A DNA stretch of 37,166 bases from Trichomonas gallinae. Taxonomy: Eukaryota. The translations under genes were made by a program, and so were the position numbers. The DNA lies in assembly GCA_008369845.1 (NCBI GenBank), contig MRSU01008806.1:1-37166 (forward strand), in the 5' to 3' direction. The number at the start of each line of letters is the position of its first letter. Position 1 is the first letter of the stretch. This document shows, piece by piece, positions 31,927 to 37,166 of this stretch. The notes beneath the pieces were generated by a model, which was not told the DNA's origin, did no database searches, and was given only the letters and a program-made list of their open reading frames with translations.

Positions 31927-32787
31927 ATGTACAATTCTTTGATTACAAATATGTTTATTTTAACTCCATCGGAAAAGGAAGAATACTGTACGGCTCAGTA
32001 TGAAGAAGAAACATTCATTGAATGTTCGAAGCTGAAAAATTTCGAGTTTAATTGTAAGATCACAGACTTACAACAATATCCAAACGTCAAGGACCTTCCA
32101 CTTGAGAACTTCGTAATTCCTGATGGAATAACATCAATATCATCCAAGTACTTCAAATATTTGCAATTAATTTCAGTTAACATCAAACAAATTTCTGACA
32201 ATGCATTCATGATATAGATTTGCAAAATCTCAAAAATTTCATTAGTAATAATTGCATATTCATGTATGCATTTGATTATTTTGACGATTATCCTGGTCTG
32301 GGATCGATCCCAAAAGTGAGATTTCAGACCAAAATCCCATTTTGCATAAATATGTTTAATATATGGTATTATTATATTATCTTTTGAAGCATGTCACTTT
32401 TCTTTTCTTTCATGCCCATATCTCGATGAAGATCGAGTTCCAACTCATACACCATCTCCTCTTCTAACACCAACCAAAGATCCAGTTCCTAATCCAACAC
32501 AATCTTCTAAACCAACACCTAAACCAACCTAATCATCAAAGCCAACACATAAACCAACAAAGTCTGCTAAACCAACAGATGAACCATCAAATGCAGATTC
32601 TGGAGCTGCTAAGAAGCAAAACTGGTTCCAAATTCATAAGATTCTGGTGATGGTTGTTGCTGTTTCTGTTGCTTCTCTGATTATTGCTGTTGTTGTTTTT
32701 GTACTGCTGCGTTCAACGAAAGCAAAGATGAATGAGACACTTTCTGACAGTTTGCTCAGCGATATGGTTGAAAGACCAATAGTTTAA
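31927..32787 (+). pseudogene. BspA-like type I membrane protein pseudogene
   Basis: TpLRR remnants (FVIPDGITSI, IKQISDNAF), frameshift near 32207, then a Pro/Thr/Lys stalk with TAA at 32530-32532 replacing the CAA of the PTQSSKP repeat, TM helix ILVMVVAVSVASLIIAVVVFVLL and short tail ending TAA 32785-32787. Confidence 0.8.
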
Positions 32788-33081
32788 TAAAATTTTTAAT
32801 TTTGATTAAAGAATCTAGTTTATTATTTCATTAATTTTGAACTTAAACTTCAATCCTTCGAAGAATTGTCAAAGACTCAAAACATATATTTGACATTTTG
32901 AAAAATAACTATGTGATCAAATCTGCTGAAGCTCATAGCAATAATATATATTAGGCACTTTCAAATGCTCCTTATTAATAGGAAAATGCTGAACGAAATC
33001 ATTGTTATAAAATTTTATTGCTCTGAAATTATAAAAAATATATGCTCAGAGATGGAAAAAATGAATAATTTAATTACAAAC

Positions 33082-35295
33082 TCAATGATTATAATATGCG
33101 TAAATAAGATGAAATGTATAAGGGTTAATAAATGGAAAGATTTCTGAGCATGTTTGCTGAATTTTGTCACATTTTATTAGTGCATCACATGCTTGGTTTA
33201 AGCCTCTTCGGACACTAACATTACAGAAAGTGTCTTTTGGATAATTATCACTAACGAAGACTGATTTTTGAATTCTTTGTATTATTTGTCTTGTGACATC
33301 ATCTCCAATATCATCTGTGCCAATATAAAACACGCATATTTTAACTTGATTGAATGATCCAGAATAGAATTGAAGACTTGAAGTGTTTTTAAGATTCATT
33401 GTTTTCAGATTTAAACAATAATCAAACGCCTGCCTCTCAATCATGCAACTGGGAAGACTTACAGAATGGAGAAGTTCATTATATGCAAAGGCATTCTCTT
33501 CAATAATTGTTTGATCATTACTAATGATTAAATTTTGAATTCTCATATTGTAAAATGAAAATTTACCAATTCTCATTCCACCCAATATTTCCAAATCACC
33601 ACTTATATTTGTATCATAGAATGCTTTTTCACCAATGAACATAACTGTTGGAAAGTTTGGAAAATGTTTCAATAGTCTGCATTGTGAAAAAGCAAACCTA
33701 CCAATAAAGTTTACAATTGGTACTTTAATTTCAGATAATTTTATACAATTAAAAAATGTGTATTCATTGATCCTTTGCAGTTTCGGAAAATTGATGTTGT
33801 TCAAGTTTTGGCAGTCATGAAAAGCAGAAAAGCCAAGGCTTGTTACATTTTGGATCTTTATGGAAGATAATTCGGTGCAGCCGTAAAATGCATTGTTTCT
33901 GATTGTTTCAACATTGTTCATCTCTATGTTATCAATCTTGATACAGCTTTGGAATGCAGAAGAACCTACCGTTTGAAGTTTGTCGAATTTGATCGAAGAT
34001 AAAGAAGTGCATCCAAAGAAACAATTGTCACCAATTGTTGTTGCTTCTAGAATCTCGATGTTGTTCAATGATGTGCATCCTGAGAAAGCACTGTTGCCAA
34101 TTGTTTTAACATTTGGCATTAATATACTTAGATTAATTATATTCATAAATGATTCATCACCAATTGAATCAAGTATTGGGAAATTAATATTATTTAATCC
34201 TGAGTTCGCAAAGGCACGGTCCCCAATACTTGTCACTTTGGAAACATCAAAAGAATTTAACAGAGTGCATGATTCAAATGCGCTTTTACCTATTGTAAGA
34301 AGTTTGGGGATAACTACTGTTGTAAGAGATGTGCAACCAAAGAAAAAGCGATTACCAATTGATGTCAACTTGCTCAGGTTTATATTTTTTAGTTTTAAAC
34401 ATGATTCAAAGGAACTTTCTCCTGCATCTACTAGTTCAGGAAAATTTAAAGAAGACAACGAGTTGCATCCAAAGAATGATCGAGAGCCTAAACTTTTCAC
34501 TTCGGGAAAATAAACACTCGACAGTTCGTTAAATCCTAGCGCGCCATTGCCTATTGATTCGAGTTTTGGAGCATTAAAATGAAAGGTAGAATTTGTTGAA
34601 CCTATTAGAAAACTATTAATGAATGCTTCATCTGGTATTTCAATCAAATTTGGAAAATTGATAGTAAAATTTTCATTAACATTGATAGTAATATCTTCTC
34701 CACGATCGTAATCATAGTATATTGGCTCAATGTATTTAAAGCCCCCATTAATGAACTTATTATTAATTGTTATATTTTTTGGATAGCATAAGAAAAAGAT
34801 ATTAGATTCAAAAGAGTAAATAGATTCAAATGATAAAATAGTTTCAACTTGAATTAGATCAATTATATGGATTTCCCTCATTCGATTATCTATATCGCTC
34901 CAATCGAAAATATTATGGAGTGAAGTTAGATTCTCAAAATACATTTCTTTTAACGAATAACTTCTATAGAATGCATTCGATTCAACATTTGTAGTTCCAT
35001 GACAATAAACATATTCAATTTCTAAATAAGCAAATGCATATTCCTGAATTGTTTTAATTTTATTAGAAATGTTAACTTTCTTAATATTATTGCATAATAA
35101 AAAACAACGACTTCCAATTGTATCACTCTCACCATCAATATAAATTTCCGAATACGTAGAATTAAGAGAGCATTCATAATAATGACGTCCATTTTCATAT
35201 TTGATTAATTTATTGTATTGGTCATCTCCATATTCAGTAATTAGGACATATTCGCGATGTAGTTTGGTAAAAAGGAAAGGAAAATCTAAAAAACT
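33082..35295 (-). CDS. BspA-like (TpLRR) surface protein, paralogue of 26109-28637; start codon unresolved
   Basis: 620-aa ORF from ATG 34944, but the frame is open for 118 more codons to TAA 35301-35299 and that extension is homologous to the N-terminus of the paralogue. Confidence 0.85.
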   Translation of the reverse strand, partial: SFLDFPFLFTKLHREYVLITEYGDDQYNKLIKYENGRHYYECSLNSTYSEIYIDGESDTIGSRCFLLCNNIKKVNISNKIKTIQEYAFAYLEIEYVYCHGTTNVESNAFYRSYSLKEMYFENLTSLHNIFDWSDIDNRMREIHIIDLIQVETILSFESIYSFESNIFFLCYPKNITINNKFINGGFKYIEPIYYDYDRGEDITINVNENFTINFPNLIEIPDEAFINSFLIGSTNSTFHFNAPKLESIGNGALGFNELSSVYFPEVKSLGSRSFFGCNSLSSLNFPELVDAGESSFESCLKLKNINLSKLTSIGNRFFFGCTSLTTVVIPKLLTIGKSAFESCTLLNSFDVSKVTSIGDRAFANSGLNNINFPILDSIGDESFMNIINLSILMPNVKTIGNSAFSGCTSLNNIEILEATTIGDNCFFGCTSLSSIKFDKLQTVGSSAFQSCIKIDNIEMNNVETIRNNAFYGCTELSSIKIQNVTSLGFSAFHDCQNLNNINFPKLQRINEYTFFNCIKLSEIKVPIVNFIGRFAFSQCRLLKHFPNFPTVMFIGEKAFYDTNISGDLEILGGMRIGKFSFYNMRIQNLIISNDQTIIEENAFAYNELLHSVSLPSCMIERQAFDYCLNLKTMNLKNTSSLQFYSGSFNQVKICVFYIGTDDIGDDVTRQIIQRIQKSVFVSDNYPKDTFCNVSVRRGLNQACDALIKCDKIQQTCSEIFPFINPYTFHLIYAYYNH

Positions 35296-35337
35296 AACTT
35301 AAAAAAACAACAACTAAAATCCAGCAGATTAATAAAA

Positions 35338-35361
35338 ATTACTGACAAATTGACGTCAAAA
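35338..35361 (-). promoter_or_regulatory. Conserved upstream element TTTTGACGTCAATTTGTCAGTAAT
   Basis: Matches 28644-28666; TGACGTCA at 35351-35358. Confidence 0.55.
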
Positions 35362-35415
35362 AAAATTTGCGATTTCCGGCTCACTTTTTCACTTTTTGAA
35401 CGAAGTGAAAACGTG

Positions 35416-35504
35416 ATTCTCGCAAACACTGTTCTTCAAAATACATCTTTGATTTTATATCATAAAAGCAAAAGTGAATTTTGAATAACTATGTTTGCGA
35501 GAAT
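35416..35504. repeat. Imperfect palindrome, 43-bp arms with a 3-nt loop
   Basis: 35416-35458 vs reverse complement of 35462-35504: 36/43 identical without gaps; outer 13 bp perfect. Confidence 0.85.
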
Positions 35505-35969
35505 TCAAAAATATGAGAACAATAAAAATGGATTTCATTTTAGAATTTTTCAATGCGGTATTGAAAATTATCGTTTTGCCCAGAAAAATAAACTCACTTT
35601 TAGAAGAGATCCAATGCTCTAATAATATGCACCACTTTGTAACTTATACCACTTTGTAAGTGGAGCTAGTATCATCTAAAAAATAAATCTCTCGCTTAAT
35701 TATTTTAAATATTATCAAATTTGCAAATAATTCTTCATTTGAAGTAGTAAAATTATATTTTAAGGAGTCCCATAGTATATTACTAAATTATATAGTTTGT
35801 ACGGAAAAATGTGCGAAAACTATAATTATGAGGCTCATGATTATTTCTACTTAAAATTGCATTGAAATTTGAATTGAAAATAATCGTATGTTTTATAAAT
35901 TGTCTGATCAAGCTCCCTTAAATAATTTGTCAGGCCCTCAAAATCTAATAACGTACATATTTTTTATTC

Positions 35970-36833
35970 ATGCTGACTATTCCTAGAACTAAAGAGATTC
36001 ACAGCCCTTCACGAAATAATCAACAGACATTCAAAATTCCAATGAGTTATTCGTCATTTTCGCCAACAAAAATCGAAGATCCAGAAAAAATTATCGAAAC
36101 GAAAATAAAATTCGAACGAGAATTAGAAAATTATGAAGCTCAACAGACTGTCCAAGAGTTTGAAAAGAAGCACTTCGGAATAAAAGATCTCCCACCCATA
36201 CAGAAACCGAAATTAGATGAGCAAACGAGAAACAAAATATGCTTTCTCGAAATTGAAAACATGGGAACTCGTAAAATCAAAGGAATATCACAAAGCCAGC
36301 CTGTTTCCGCGAAAATTTCGCCTAGAGAAAATATTCTTTCAGATTTAGGTGCAACGCCGTGGAATTCGCTTGATGATCCCACGTTCATATCCACTGATGA
36401 CCTGAATCCTGTCACAAAGATGAACGTCAATCAGCATCCTTTCTATTCTAATTTCGCAAGTGTTGCAAAAGGAATCCCTGTTTTCTCGGCAGCTGAGCGT
36501 AGAAACCATATCAATAAGGTGGAAAAGTACAGACAAGACATGCTGACGCAATTAACTCTCGATCGCACAAAAAGAGAAAATTATCTTCGCAAAAAAGCGA
36601 TTTCGGCTATTGAAAGCACGAAAGCGCAAAAAGATGCAAATGACAGAAAATATTTGGCTGCTGGACAGCAGTGGTGTCTTGAGGAACTAGAAAAGAGAAG
36701 AATGCTTCGAAATTATAAAGAAGTTAAAGAAAAGAAGCTTGAGCCAATAGATTATGAGGCTATTGATGATGTTACAAGGAAAGAAGAACTAATTAAAGAA
36801 AGAATTAGACTGAATCATACCGAAAAGCATTAA
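35970..36833 (+). CDS. Hypothetical protein, charged/coiled-coil C-terminal half
   Basis: 287-codon ATG-initiated ORF, E/K/R-rich helical segments, several SP motifs; no recognisable domain. Confidence 0.75.
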   Translation: MLTIPRTKEIHSPSRNNQQTFKIPMSYSSFSPTKIEDPEKIIETKIKFERELENYEAQQTVQEFEKKHFGIKDLPPIQKPKLDEQTRNKICFLEIENMGTRKIKGISQSQPVSAKISPRENILSDLGATPWNSLDDPTFISTDDLNPVTKMNVNQHPFYSNFASVAKGIPVFSAAERRNHINKVEKYRQDMLTQLTLDRTKRENYLRKKAISAIESTKAQKDANDRKYLAAGQQWCLEELEKRRMLRNYKEVKEKKLEPIDYEAIDDVTRKEELIKERIRLNHTEKH

Positions 36834-37166
36834 TTAACTATGAAATTTGTTTGTTTGTGTAAAATAGTTGTGTTTATGATAATTTTGATTAAACAAATAT
36901 CATTTATTACAATTATTGATTATATTTTTGAACATACGCAGAATTTAATATTCGAAAATTTCCTCCATTAATCTATGTAATTTCCTTCTTTAAAGTTAAT
37001 TTTCGATTTGAATTAATTTATGTATTTTCATAATCTTCTTTATGATATACAAAATTTACCACAGTAAGTAGGGAAAATTATTATGGATTATGTATTCATT
37101 TGATGTGACAATTTAAAATCCGTGATTAAACGAGGAATTTTCGAGAAACAGTTATTTTTGTGAAAA

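Noticed and set aside
35631..35659. 12-bp direct repeat ACCACTTTGTAA x2
   Set aside because: Isolated short duplication with no further evidence of function.
635..36551. Numerous 60-190 aa ORFs overlapping or antisense to the main genes (e.g. 7651-8217, 22659-22985, 33980-34513, 36140-36430)
   Set aside because: Shadow frames of real CDSs, many with TTG/GTG starts, and no recognisable domains.

Overview
AT-rich eukaryotic genomic DNA, almost certainly from a trichomonad (Trichomonas vaginalis or a close relative; inferred from GTATGT...WCTAACACACAG introns, TCAY(T/A) initiators just upstream of ATGs, TAA stops embedded in TAAA polyadenylation signals, and BspA-like/Myb/kinase gene families). 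Protein-coding content: five protein kinases (two short CAMK-type paralogues, a Rim15/Greatwall/IRE-like AGC kinase split by a 442-nt intron, a TKL-type kinase, an AMPK-related kinase), a Myb factor, an LRR-PP2C phosphatase, an amino acid transporter, two glycosyltransferase-like genes, two long BspA-like LRR reading frames, two hypothetical proteins and at least two pseudogenes. Not visible in the ORF track: (1) a 145-nt spliceosomal intron (11962-12106, minus) in an apparently non-coding transcript that encloses a ~70-nt box C/D snoRNA whose two guides match adjacent segments of 18S rRNA helix 34; (2) extensive base-pairing that folds the 442-nt kinase intron; (3) both BspA-like frames have a conserved N-terminus but no ATG for it; (4) a 451-bp MITE-like element, a motif array related to its subterminal repeats and an 89-nt palindrome. 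All calls were made by eye without database searches.
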